From NCBI GenBank assembly GCA_965215195.1, contig CBDCDC010000002.1:4480001-4544000 (forward strand): a DNA stretch of 64,000 bases. Direction: 5' to 3'. Below are positions 18,683 to 28,000 of this stretch, in pieces; the stretch's first letter is position 1, and each line of letters opens with the position of its first letter. The stretch is from Candidatus Latescibacterota bacterium. Its GTDB lineage: Bacteria > Latescibacterota > UBA2968 > UBA8231. The position numbers and the translations under genes were made by a program. The notes beneath the pieces are model-generated. The model searched no databases and had not been told where the DNA came from. It saw only the letters and a program-made list of their open reading frames with translations.

Positions 18683-19675
18683 GTGAAATCACAGCGATTG
18701 ATATGCACAGACATCCGGCGGATTGAATTGGCGGAATTTGCACTGCCGCGCGTACCCGATCACGGCATTTTGGTGCAAAACGATTATACCGCCGTAAGCG
18801 TTGGCACGGAAATCTACGGCTACACGCGCGGCGGCGAACCGTCGAGTGCGACAACATTTCCTCGGTCCACAGGCTATTGCAACACAGGCGTGGTGCTCGA
18901 AGTCGGCAAAGATGTGCAGGGGATAAAACCCGGCGACCGCATTGCTGGCCAAGGCAACCACGCAAGCCACGCGGTCCTGACCGGCAATTTCCGCAAAGCA
19001 CCCGCTGGCGTCTCGCCCAAATCCGCGGCATTCATGGTCATGGGGGCCATTGCCCTGCACGGGCATCGGGTTGGCCGTCCCGAATTGGGCGAGGCCGTTG
19101 CCATCACCGGCATGGGCATGGTGGGCCAATTGGCAGCAACCTTGGCGCGCTTGGCCGGCGCCCTCCCGCTCGTTGCAATTGACCTAGACGAGTTCCGGCT
19201 GGGCAAAGCCAAGGACCGCGGCGCAGATGTCTGTATCAATCCCAATGACGCAGGCAATGTCGCCGCAACCGTGCGCCAGCATGGCGTGGGCGATGGTGCC
19301 GATCTGGTCATCGAAGCAACCGGCATTCCCGCAGTCTATCCCATGGCACTGACCTTGCCGCGGCTGGGCGGTCGCCTAGTCGCGCTGGGGTCTCCGCGCG
19401 GCACCGTGGAAGTGAGCTTTTTGCCCGAGGTTCATCTGCGCGAAATCGCGATCCTCGGCGCGCATCAGCCCAAAACCCCGGACCGCGACCACATCTACTA
19501 TCCTTGGAGCAAGAGCAGGGACCGCGATCTGGTCCTGCGTTTGATGGCCGCGGGCAAGTTGCCCATCGAAGATCTAATCACCCACGTCGCCAACCCCGCC
19601 GCTTGCCAGACCACCTACGACATGCTCGCCAACAATCCACAAGAGGCGTTGGGCGTGGTCTTTGCGTGGACGTGA
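18683..19675 (+). CDS. MDR-family (Zn-binding type) alcohol dehydrogenase
   Basis: SVGTE, GYCNTG, GMGMVG, DLVIEATG. Confidence 0.85.
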   Translation: MKSQRLICTDIRRIELAEFALPRVPDHGILVQNDYTAVSVGTEIYGYTRGGEPSSATTFPRSTGYCNTGVVLEVGKDVQGIKPGDRIAGQGNHASHAVLTGNFRKAPAGVSPKSAAFMVMGAIALHGHRVGRPELGEAVAITGMGMVGQLAATLARLAGALPLVAIDLDEFRLGKAKDRGADVCINPNDAGNVAATVRQHGVGDGADLVIEATGIPAVYPMALTLPRLGGRLVALGSPRGTVEVSFLPEVHLREIAILGAHQPKTPDRDHIYYPWSKSRDRDLVLRLMAAGKLPIEDLITHVANPAACQTTYDMLANNPQEALGVVFAWT

Positions 19676-19679
19676 CCCG

Positions 19680-19825
19680 CCCTTGGCAGCTTTTCCAAGA
19701 CTTCACCCACCCCGTGCGATGGGGCTTGAGACGCAAAGTGGATTCGTCGCACCCGCCAGTCCAAGCTCTTAATCTGGTCGGCTAGGATGACTCCCGCTAA
19801 GGTACTGGCAGGCGGGAGAGAGGGG
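19680..19825 (-). pseudogene. MazF/PemK toxin C-terminal remnant
   Basis: LAGVILADQIKSLDWRVRR...EVLEKL; the N-terminal half is not recognisable. Confidence 0.7.
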
Positions 19826-20021
19826 CCGAAGCCAGAAAAGCCCTGCGCACGGCGGCGCACCATTGCCCCAGCCACGGCGGTTGGGTACATTGGGCCTCGT
19901 GGGCAGGCGTAGGGAAATGAGCTACAAATTGGCGTACAGCGGCCCTAAACCGAGAAGATGCAAATCAACCGCCAATACATGCGCAGCATTGGCTATTAGA
20001 ATCGCATAGGAGAAGAAACGC

Positions 20022-21149
20022 ATGGCTCAGATACAGGCAGCGGTTATGACCAGCCCGGGCCAGATCGACGTGCGCTCGTATCCCAAACCCCAGATCGGAG
20101 ACGACGAAGTTCTATTGAAAATTGAGCGCACGGGCATCTGCGGCAGCGACAAGCACCTGTTCGCCGGCCACATGGCCCTGCCGTTCCCGGTGATACCCGG
20201 CCACGAATTAGTGGGCACCATTGAGGAGATGGGCCCGGCCGCAGCCGATAGCTTGGCCATAGTGGGCGGCCCGGTCGAGGTGGGTGACCGCGTGACGACC
20301 ACGCCCTCGTCGCGGGCCTGCGGGCGGTGCTACTACTGCCTGCACATGCCCCAGCGACCCACTCTGTGCGCCAACCGCTTTGTGTACGGATTCGTGTGCG
20401 CGGACCGCGCGCCCATGCCGCGCGGCGGCTTTGCCGAATACCTGCATCTGACGGGCCATTCGTGGCTCTTCAAGATCCCCGACGACCTGCCGTCCGAACG
20501 GGCCGTGCTCACCGAGCCAGCGGCCGTGGCCACCCGGGCCGTAGAGCGCGCCTTGGGGCCGGGCATCCCGCACATCGGCGAGGGGCTGGGCCTCGACAAA
20601 TCCGTGCTGGTCCTCGGAGCCGGCCCCATCGGCCAGCTCGTGGTGGCCGTGCTGAGCCACATCGGCACCGACCTGATTATCGCCGGCGACCTGAGCGCGG
20701 CCCGGCTGGAGCTGGCCTGCGCCATGGGTGCTCATCAAGTGCTCGCAATGGGAGAAGGGAGTCCTGAAGAGCGGCAGCAGGCCCTTCAAAACACGACCGA
20801 GGGCGTGGGGGCCGATATCGTCATTGAAACAGCCGGCGTACCCGTAGCCTTCAAGGAATCGCTCGACTTGGTGCGCCGGGGTGGGACCGTCGTGGAGGTG
20901 GGGCATTTCACTGATCCCGGGGGAGTGGAGATTCGCCCGCACATCGTCTGTTTTAAGGACTTGGACATCCGCGGCATGTGGGCGTATCCCTCCATGCAGT
21001 TCAAGACCGCGCTGTCTTTTTTGCGCCGCACCACCGCGCCCTTGGATCGCTTTATCACGCATCGGCTGCCGCTGTCCCACATCCGCGAGGGCCTCGACAT
21101 TACCGGCAGCGAAGAGGCCATGAAGGTAGTGGTAGAGCCGGGGGGCTGA
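20022..21149 (+). CDS. Zn-dependent dehydrogenase
   Basis: GICGSD, PGHE, CGRCYYC..C, GAGPIG. Confidence 0.9.
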   Translation: MAQIQAAVMTSPGQIDVRSYPKPQIGDDEVLLKIERTGICGSDKHLFAGHMALPFPVIPGHELVGTIEEMGPAAADSLAIVGGPVEVGDRVTTTPSSRACGRCYYCLHMPQRPTLCANRFVYGFVCADRAPMPRGGFAEYLHLTGHSWLFKIPDDLPSERAVLTEPAAVATRAVERALGPGIPHIGEGLGLDKSVLVLGAGPIGQLVVAVLSHIGTDLIIAGDLSAARLELACAMGAHQVLAMGEGSPEERQQALQNTTEGVGADIVIETAGVPVAFKESLDLVRRGGTVVEVGHFTDPGGVEIRPHIVCFKDLDIRGMWAYPSMQFKTALSFLRRTTAPLDRFITHRLPLSHIREGLDITGSEEAMKVVVEPGG

Positions 21150-21177
21150 GTTAGGTTAAGCCAACTTGGAAAGAGAA

Positions 21178-22347
21178 ATGACCATACTACGACCCAAGAT
21201 CCTCGTCGTCGACGACGAGCCGGATTTAGAGCACCTAGTGAGGCAGCGCATGCGCCGCGAGATTCGCTTGGGCAAGTACACTTTTGTGTTCGCCCACAAC
21301 GGCGTCGAAGCCCTAGAGCTGCTGAGCGAAGAGCAAGACATCGACATGGTGCTCTCAGACATCAACATGCCCCGGATGGACGGGCTCACCTTGCTAGAGC
21401 AAATCCCCAAGGTGGACCCCAATATCCGCTCGGTCATCGTCTCGGCTTATGGCGACATGAAGAACATCCGCACGGCCATGAACCGGGGCGCGTTTGACTT
21501 CATCACCAAGCCCATTGACTTCGAGGACATGCGCGTGACCATCCAGCGGACTTTGCACCATCTAGAGCTATGGCGCGAGGCGCTGGCGGCGCGCGACAAA
21601 CTGGTCGCCCTACAAAACGAGCTCAGCGTGGCCAACAAGATGCAGCAGTCCATCTTGCCCACCAACTTCCCCAAGGGCCCGGGCTTTGAGATCTTCGGTA
21701 GCATGAAGCCCGCACGCGAGGTCGGCGGCGACTTCTTCGACGTCTTGCCCCTCGACAACGGTCGCATCGGCCTCGTGGTCGCCGACGTCTCGGACAAGGG
21801 CGTACCCGCGGCCCTGTTTATGATGGCGAGCCGCACCCTGCTCAAGGGCGCGGCCATCGGCCATGCCGAGCCGGGCGAGGTGTTGAGCGAAGTAAACCAA
21901 CTGCTGCAAGAAGACAACGACGCCGCCATGTTCGTGACCGTGTTTTACGCGATTTTCGACCCAGCAAGCGGCGAGCTGTCCTATGCCAATGGCGGGCACA
22001 ATCCCCCGCTCGTGGCCCACGCCGACGGCAGCACGACCCTGCTCCCGCCGACCGGCGGGGTGGCGCTCGGGGTGGTGCCAGATGTCGCCTACCAAGAAAG
22101 TTCGGTGCCCCTTCGGCCCGGCGACCGCGTCGTCTTTTACACCGACGGCGTCACCGAGGCCGAAAACGACCGCGGCGAGCAGTTCGGGCTAGAGGGCCTG
22201 TGCGCGGTTTTCGCCGCCCGCCCGCCCGAGGACGTCCGCGCCACCAACGCGGCAGTTTTTGACGCGGTCGACGCCTTTGTCGGCGAGGCCCCCCAATTTG
22301 ACGACGTCACCTGTCTGACGCTTTGCCGCAGCGAGACACGCCAATGA
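21178..22347 (+). CDS. Receiver-PP2C (SpoIIE/RsbU-like) phosphatase
   Basis: ILVVDDE...SDINMP receiver; EVGGDFFD, VADVSDKG, YTDGVTEA, DDVT. Confidence 0.9.
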   Translation: MTILRPKILVVDDEPDLEHLVRQRMRREIRLGKYTFVFAHNGVEALELLSEEQDIDMVLSDINMPRMDGLTLLEQIPKVDPNIRSVIVSAYGDMKNIRTAMNRGAFDFITKPIDFEDMRVTIQRTLHHLELWREALAARDKLVALQNELSVANKMQQSILPTNFPKGPGFEIFGSMKPAREVGGDFFDVLPLDNGRIGLVVADVSDKGVPAALFMMASRTLLKGAAIGHAEPGEVLSEVNQLLQEDNDAAMFVTVFYAIFDPASGELSYANGGHNPPLVAHADGSTTLLPPTGGVALGVVPDVAYQESSVPLRPGDRVVFYTDGVTEAENDRGEQFGLEGLCAVFAARPPEDVRATNAAVFDAVDAFVGEAPQFDDVTCLTLCRSETRQ

Positions 22348-22766
22348 GCGCTCAGAAATCGCTGCGCATGGCGACTGAGCTAGACGAGCTGCGGAAGGTC
22401 AACGCCGCTGTTGAGGAGCTCGCAGGGGAAGAAAACTGGCCTCCAGACCTCACCTTTCAGATCGGGCTGGCCATCGAGGAATTGGGGATCAACATCGTCG
22501 AGTACGGGCACGACGATGGCAGAGCACACGAAATCGAGATCGTCATCTCCTCAGAGGCCGAGGTGATCACCATCGAGATCGAGGACGACGGCCAAGCCTT
22601 CAATCCGCTCAGCGACGCGCCAGACCCGGACTTGGAGGCCGCTGTTGAGGACCGCACCGTGGGCGGCCTCGGCATTCACCTCGTGCGCTCCATGATGGAC
22701 GAGGTCCACTACCAGCGACAGCAAAACAAGAACTGCCTGACCTTGGTCAAGCGGAGGACTGGTTGA
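22344..22766 (+). CDS. RsbW-like anti-sigma/serine kinase
   Basis: LAIEELGINIVEYG, IEDDGQAFNP, GGLGIHLV. Confidence 0.88.
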   Translation: MSAQKSLRMATELDELRKVNAAVEELAGEENWPPDLTFQIGLAIEELGINIVEYGHDDGRAHEIEIVISSEAEVITIEIEDDGQAFNPLSDAPDPDLEAAVEDRTVGGLGIHLVRSMMDEVHYQRQQNKNCLTLVKRRTG

Positions 22767-23932
22767 GCAGCGCACTTGCCCTCGGCGTGGCCGCGCTGCT
22801 GATTGCGGGGGCCGCGCTTGGCGAGGAACAGCCCGGCGTCTCCGATCGGAGCATCCTCTTTGGCCAATCCGCCGCCTTTAGCGGACCAGCTCAGGAGCTG
22901 GGCCGGAACATGCGGCTCGGGATGCTGACGGCCTTCCGGGAGGTGAATGAGCAGGGCGGGGTCCACGGGCGTCGGCTCGAATTGGTGTCGCTCGACGACG
23001 GGTACGAGCCGGAAGCCGCCATCGACAACACCCGCCAGTTGATCGAGGGCGAGCGGGTCTTCGCCCTAATCGGTGCCGTTGGCACCCCCACTTCGCGTGC
23101 GGCCGTACCCATTGCCGACGACGCTGGCGTCCCCTATATAGCTCCCTTCACGGGCAGTAGTTTTCTCCGCGATCCCAAGTGGCGCGGCGTGGTCAATCTG
23201 CGCGCCTCCTACTATCAGGAAACCGAGGAAATCGTCGCCCGCCTGACTGACGACTTGGGCATTGAGCGCATTGGCATAATGTACCAAGACGACTCCTTCG
23301 GCCGGGAGGGGTTTCGCGGCGTGCGCCGCGCACTAGAGAGGCGCGCCCTATCCCTCGTGGCGGTCGGCGTGTACCCGCGCAATACCAAGGCGGTAAAGAC
23401 CGCCCTGCTCGACCTGCGCAGCGGCCGTCCCCAAGCCGTGATTTTGGTCGGGACCTACCAGCCGGTGGCAACCCTAATCGCCTGGGCGCACGCGACGAAT
23501 TTCACCCCCATCTTCGCAACTATCTCATTCGTGGGCAGCAAGGCCTTGGCGCGGGAACTCGGTCCCACCGGCACCGGGGTTTTAGTCTCGCAAGTCGTGC
23601 CCTTACCCACGGCCGCCGCGCCAGCCATTGCCGGCGCGTACCGCCGCGCCCTCGCCGCCTACGCCCCAAAGGCCGAGCCTAGCTTTGTTTCATTTGAGGG
23701 CTACCTCGCCGGCCGCTTGGCCCTCGCCGCCCTCGCCGCCTGTGGCCGAGCGGTCAGCCGCGCCTGCCTATTAGACAACTTGCACCGCGCCGAGGTTATC
23801 AACCTAGAGGGGTTTGAGCTTCGCTATGGAGATGGCGACAAGCAGGGTTCGGACGCGGTCTTCCTCACTGTGATCGACCGCGACGGCCAATACCGCTCCA
23901 TCCGCTCCTTAAAGGGCGGGACCAAGCCATGA
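22763..23932 (+). CDS. Periplasmic ligand-binding protein (branched-chain amino acid type fold)
   Basis: Signal peptide; GQSAAFSGP, DDGYEP, GAVGTPT, NLRASY. Confidence 0.85.
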   Translation: MSSALALGVAALLIAGAALGEEQPGVSDRSILFGQSAAFSGPAQELGRNMRLGMLTAFREVNEQGGVHGRRLELVSLDDGYEPEAAIDNTRQLIEGERVFALIGAVGTPTSRAAVPIADDAGVPYIAPFTGSSFLRDPKWRGVVNLRASYYQETEEIVARLTDDLGIERIGIMYQDDSFGREGFRGVRRALERRALSLVAVGVYPRNTKAVKTALLDLRSGRPQAVILVGTYQPVATLIAWAHATNFTPIFATISFVGSKALARELGPTGTGVLVSQVVPLPTAAAPAIAGAYRRALAAYAPKAEPSFVSFEGYLAGRLALAALAACGRAVSRACLLDNLHRAEVINLEGFELRYGDGDKQGSDAVFLTVIDRDGQYRSIRSLKGGTKP

Positions 23933-26115
23933 TCGCTCTACTGAAACGCCTGCTCGCAGCCCGGTATCGCCTCGCCGTGCAGCTCTACATAGGCATTGGC
24001 GCGGCCGTGGCCCTGACCATGGTCGCGAGCTTGGTGGGCTGGTTCTCCTTCGACCAAGTCGGCGATGCCCAAAGGCAGGTAAACGAGCGAGCCGTCCCGG
24101 AGATAGCCACCGCTTTTGCGGTCGCCCAGCAAAGCGGGACCCTCGCAGCCGCAGCCCCGCGCTTGGCCGCGGCCGAGACGCCGAAGGCATTTGCCGAGGT
24201 CGCGGCCAAAATCGCCTCCGAGCGGGACGACTTCAAAAAGCAATTGGCGGCCCTGACCCAGCAGGGCGCGGCCGAGGAACGCTTCGCGCGGATTCGCGCC
24301 CGCGGCGACACCCTCATCGCCAACATCAACGCTATTGAGGCTTCGGTGGCCAAGCGCTTTGACCTCAACGCGCACAGCCGCGCCTTGCACAAAAACCTAG
24401 AGGCACTGCAAAACGAACTGACCAGCATCTTGGTTCCGGCCATTGACGATCAGCTATTCTACGCCATGACTGGCTACCGCACCCTCGGCGAACCGCCCGC
24501 ACCCCGCGTCCAGCACCTTTCAGAGGCCGAACTTTCTCGCTATCGCGATCTGGCCGAGTTGCAGGAAGGGGCCACTACGGCCACGCGCCTGCTGGCCAAT
24601 GCCTTCAACCTATCGGACGCGCGCCTGCTAGAGCCTTTACAGGAGCGCTTCGACTCCACGGTCGGCGGCATTGAGCGAAATTTAGCGGCCCTCGACGAAG
24701 GCCCCTTGCGCAGCGCACTCAACCAGACCTTTGAGCACCTGTTCGACTTGGGCCGCGGAGATATGCGGGTCTTCGCACTGCGCACCGCGGAACTCCAGAT
24801 CGTCGCACAGCAACGAGTGCTGCTCGACCGCAACCGCGACCTCGCCATTGAACTAGTCGCCGAGGTTGAGGGCCTAGTGAATACGGCCCATGCGAGCGCA
24901 CAGGCGGCCACGCAAACCTCCACCCAAGCCATCCTCACCGGCAGCAAGCTCCTGCTCGCCCTCAACGCGTTCAACATCGTCGGCGCCATCCTGATCGCTT
25001 GGCTGTTCGTCGGCCGAGTGCTATTGCGCCGCCTCGAATTTCTGTCGAACCGAATGCGCCGCATGGCAGAAGGCGACCTAGAGGCGAAAATCGAGATGCC
25101 CGGGCGCGACGAGGTCGCCGACATGGCCGCGGCCCTCGAAGTTTTCCGCCGCCACTCTTTGGAAGCCCAGCGGCTCAATTTGGTGGAAAAGCTGGCCGCC
25201 GATTTGGAAGAGAAAAATGCCACGCTCGAAAAGGTGCTCGACGATCTGCGGCAGGCGCAGGGTCAGATCGTCATGCGCGAGAAACTAGCCGCCTTGGGGG
25301 AACTCACCGCGGGCGTGGCGCACGAAATCCAGAATCCCTTGAACTTTGTCAAGAACTTTGCGGAAGTCTCGGAGGAACTGTTAGAGGAGCTACAAGAAGT
25401 ACTAGAGCAAGACAGCCAGCAGCTAGACCCAGAGCAGCGCGAGCTAATCGGCGAGATCTGCGGCGACTTGACCGCCAATCTCGGGCGCATCCGCCAACAC
25501 GGCGAGCGCGCCAACCGCATTGTCCGCGACATGCTGCAGATGGGTCGCGGGTCGGGCGAGGCACAACCCGTGGGTATCAACGCCCTGCTCGAAGAACACG
25601 CCCGCCTCGCTTTTCACAGCGCACGAGCGACCAATGTAGATTTTCAGCTCGACATCAAGGAGGAGTTAGACGAGGCGGTGGGGGAGTTAGAGGTGATTCC
25701 CCAAGACTTGGCCCGCGTCTTTCTGAACATGGTGAGCAATGCCTGCTACGCCACCAACGAGAAGCGGCACGCTCCAGAGACGGCACCCGACTACGTCCCC
25801 ACGCTCTGGCTTAGCACCCGGCGAAGGCCCGACCACGTCGAAATCCGCATCCGCGACAATGGGAATGGGATCCCGCCGGATGTCATCGACAAGATCTTCA
25901 ACCCGTTTTTCACAACGAAGCCGACCGATCAGGGGACCGGGCTCGGGCTCGCGCTATCCAACGACATCGTGCGCGAACACGGGGGCACCATAAAGGTCCA
26001 CTCTGAGCTTGGGGAATTTACCGAGATGACCATTGAGCTGCCCACCGTGCGGCCGACGGCCTTGCAATCAGCCGAAGCCGATCCAGACGCGACGACGCCC
26101 CCCTCTTCACTTTGA
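23929..26115 (+). CDS. Membrane sensor histidine kinase (TorS-like sensor, HAMP)
   Basis: Two TMs, HAMP, GVAHEIQNPLNFV H-box, DNGNG, PFFTTK, GTGLGL. Confidence 0.9.
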   Translation: MIALLKRLLAARYRLAVQLYIGIGAAVALTMVASLVGWFSFDQVGDAQRQVNERAVPEIATAFAVAQQSGTLAAAAPRLAAAETPKAFAEVAAKIASERDDFKKQLAALTQQGAAEERFARIRARGDTLIANINAIEASVAKRFDLNAHSRALHKNLEALQNELTSILVPAIDDQLFYAMTGYRTLGEPPAPRVQHLSEAELSRYRDLAELQEGATTATRLLANAFNLSDARLLEPLQERFDSTVGGIERNLAALDEGPLRSALNQTFEHLFDLGRGDMRVFALRTAELQIVAQQRVLLDRNRDLAIELVAEVEGLVNTAHASAQAATQTSTQAILTGSKLLLALNAFNIVGAILIAWLFVGRVLLRRLEFLSNRMRRMAEGDLEAKIEMPGRDEVADMAAALEVFRRHSLEAQRLNLVEKLAADLEEKNATLEKVLDDLRQAQGQIVMREKLAALGELTAGVAHEIQNPLNFVKNFAEVSEELLEELQEVLEQDSQQLDPEQRELIGEICGDLTANLGRIRQHGERANRIVRDMLQMGRGSGEAQPVGINALLEEHARLAFHSARATNVDFQLDIKEELDEAVGELEVIPQDLARVFLNMVSNACYATNEKRHAPETAPDYVPTLWLSTRRRPDHVEIRIRDNGNGIPPDVIDKIFNPFFTTKPTDQGTGLGLALSNDIVREHGGTIKVHSELGEFTEMTIELPTVRPTALQSAEADPDATTPPSSL

Positions 26116-26445
26116 TTGCGACAGGGCGGCGAGGGCCTCTTCTTCGGAGGCGTGGATCGCAATGATCTTGTCAAAGCCGCTGATTTCGAAAATTTCCCGT
26201 ATCGGCTCCGAAAGTGAGCATAGCGCGAACTGGGCACTGCGCTGCTGGAGCATTTTGGCGATCAGCAGGAACGTCCGCAGGCCCGCGCTGCTGATGTAGT
26301 TGATGGCCGCCAAATCGACGAGCACCGCGCTGCTGTCCGTGCCGATCGCCTCGCTTAAAGCACCGTGGAAGTCGCGGGCATTGACTCCATCGATGCGGCC
26401 TTCGGGCTTGGCGATTAATACGCTGTCCTTCTGTTCGGTGTTCAC
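26107..26445 (-). CDS. STAS anti-anti-sigma factor
   Basis: GRID...YISSAGLR...IFEISGF; CAGGAG RBS. Confidence 0.9.
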   Translation of the reverse strand: MNTEQKDSVLIAKPEGRIDGVNARDFHGALSEAIGTDSSAVLVDLAAINYISSAGLRTFLLIAKMLQQRSAQFALCSLSEPIREIFEISGFDKIIAIHASEEEALAALSQSK

Positions 26446-26489
26446 TGGATCTCCTGCCTTTCTAAATGGTATGCGCCGTTTTGTCTGAT

Positions 26490-27872
26490 TTAAGAATTGC
26501 CCCGAATTTGGTCGACGTCATCTTGATCGGGCATGAGCACAAACTCAGGGTACGCTTCAATGCCGAGCTCTGCGGTATCTTGGCCGAGCTCTTCAACGCT
26601 CTGCGACACCCGTACTCCCATTATCTTGCCCAGAACCAACCACGAGAGCCACGAAGCGGCAAACGCGAACGCGCCCACCGCCAACACCCCGATGAGCTGG
26701 ACCCTGAAGTTGCCCCCGGCTGCAATGCAGACCGCAAGGGTGCCCCAGATGCCGGCGAACAAGTGGACCGGAATCGCGCCGACTATGTCGTCTAGCTTGA
26801 CGATCTCCAAGAACCTCATCCCGCCGACGCACAACGCGCTTCCCACAGCACCAATTACGAGCGCCCAGTAGTGATCGACGATATCTGGCCCGGCCGTAAT
26901 GGAAACGAGTCCAGCGAGCGCACCGTTGAGGACCGCGAGCAGGTCAATACGTCCTAAGATGGGCCGCGACACGAAGAGCGCCGTTACGACGCCGGCCGCC
27001 GCCGCTAGGTTGGTATTCACGAGGACATGGCTCATGGCGACGGCATCGGCTGCGCTCGACAGCGCGAGCTGGGAGCCGCCGTTGAAGCCAAACCACCCAA
27101 GCCACAAAATGAAGACGCCCAAAGTAACGGCTGGGACGTTGGAAGGCGGCGTGGCCTTGACGCTGCCGTCGGAGCGAAATTTTCCGTACCGCGCCCCGAC
27201 GACGAGTGCCCCGGCCAGCGCGGCCCAACCTCCGGTCGAATGCACGATGGTAGAGCCAGCGAAATCCTTAAACCCCATTGCACTGAGCCAGCCGCCGCCC
27301 CAAGTCCAAGCTCCGACGACGGGATAGATGATCGTCGTCAACGCGACTGTAAAAGCAAAAAACGCCCATAGCTTCACCCGCTCGGCCAGCGTGCCCGATA
27401 CAATCGAAGCGGTCGTGGCCACAAAGACCATCTGAAAAAACCAGTCCGACATGGTGGCCTTGCCGGCCTTTGTCACGTCTGCCGCAGCCGCCTGACCAGA
27501 CAACAGCCCGAGTTCTTCGCCCGAAGGCCCGTACAAAAACTTGAGCGTACCAATCCAGCCTTCCTGCACATCGACGTACATGAGGTTGTAGCCGACCAAG
27601 TAGTACGTGATCCCGGCAATCGAATAAAGCCCGATGTTCTTGAGGCAGATCATGGAGGCGTTCTTGGTGCGCACGGACCCGGCTTCGAGCATGGTAAAGC
27701 CCGCGCACATCCACATTACGAGCGCGCCCCAGATGAGAAACGAGAAGGTGTTGAGAATGAATTGCAGCTCTTCGCCGCTCGCGGCATAGACCGCGGTCGC
27801 CCCCATTAGGAGGCCGCAGGCCGCGATAAATCCGCCCGCCCGCCATGCGTTGCCACTCGATTTTCCAATCAT
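26490..27872 (-). CDS. amt: Ammonium transporter
   Basis: FFQMVF, DFAGSTIVHSTGG, GWFGFNGGS, DD..GAIPVH; AAGGAG RBS before ATG 27872. Confidence 0.92.
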   Translation of the reverse strand: MIGKSSGNAWRAGGFIAACGLLMGATAVYAASGEELQFILNTFSFLIWGALVMWMCAGFTMLEAGSVRTKNASMICLKNIGLYSIAGITYYLVGYNLMYVDVQEGWIGTLKFLYGPSGEELGLLSGQAAAADVTKAGKATMSDWFFQMVFVATTASIVSGTLAERVKLWAFFAFTVALTTIIYPVVGAWTWGGGWLSAMGFKDFAGSTIVHSTGGWAALAGALVVGARYGKFRSDGSVKATPPSNVPAVTLGVFILWLGWFGFNGGSQLALSSAADAVAMSHVLVNTNLAAAAGVVTALFVSRPILGRIDLLAVLNGALAGLVSITAGPDIVDHYWALVIGAVGSALCVGGMRFLEIVKLDDIVGAIPVHLFAGIWGTLAVCIAAGGNFRVQLIGVLAVGAFAFAASWLSWLVLGKIMGVRVSQSVEELGQDTAELGIEAYPEFVLMPDQDDVDQIRGNS

Positions 27873-28000
27873 GTCGATCTCGCTCCTTCGGCAGTTTTGT
27901 TTTATACGATAGCCAATGTCCAACCCTCTCGCAATCACCGCGCCGCTTTCCGAGCCACCAAACAACAGGGCTTGAATGTTGGTCGTTTAGCTGCGCCGGT

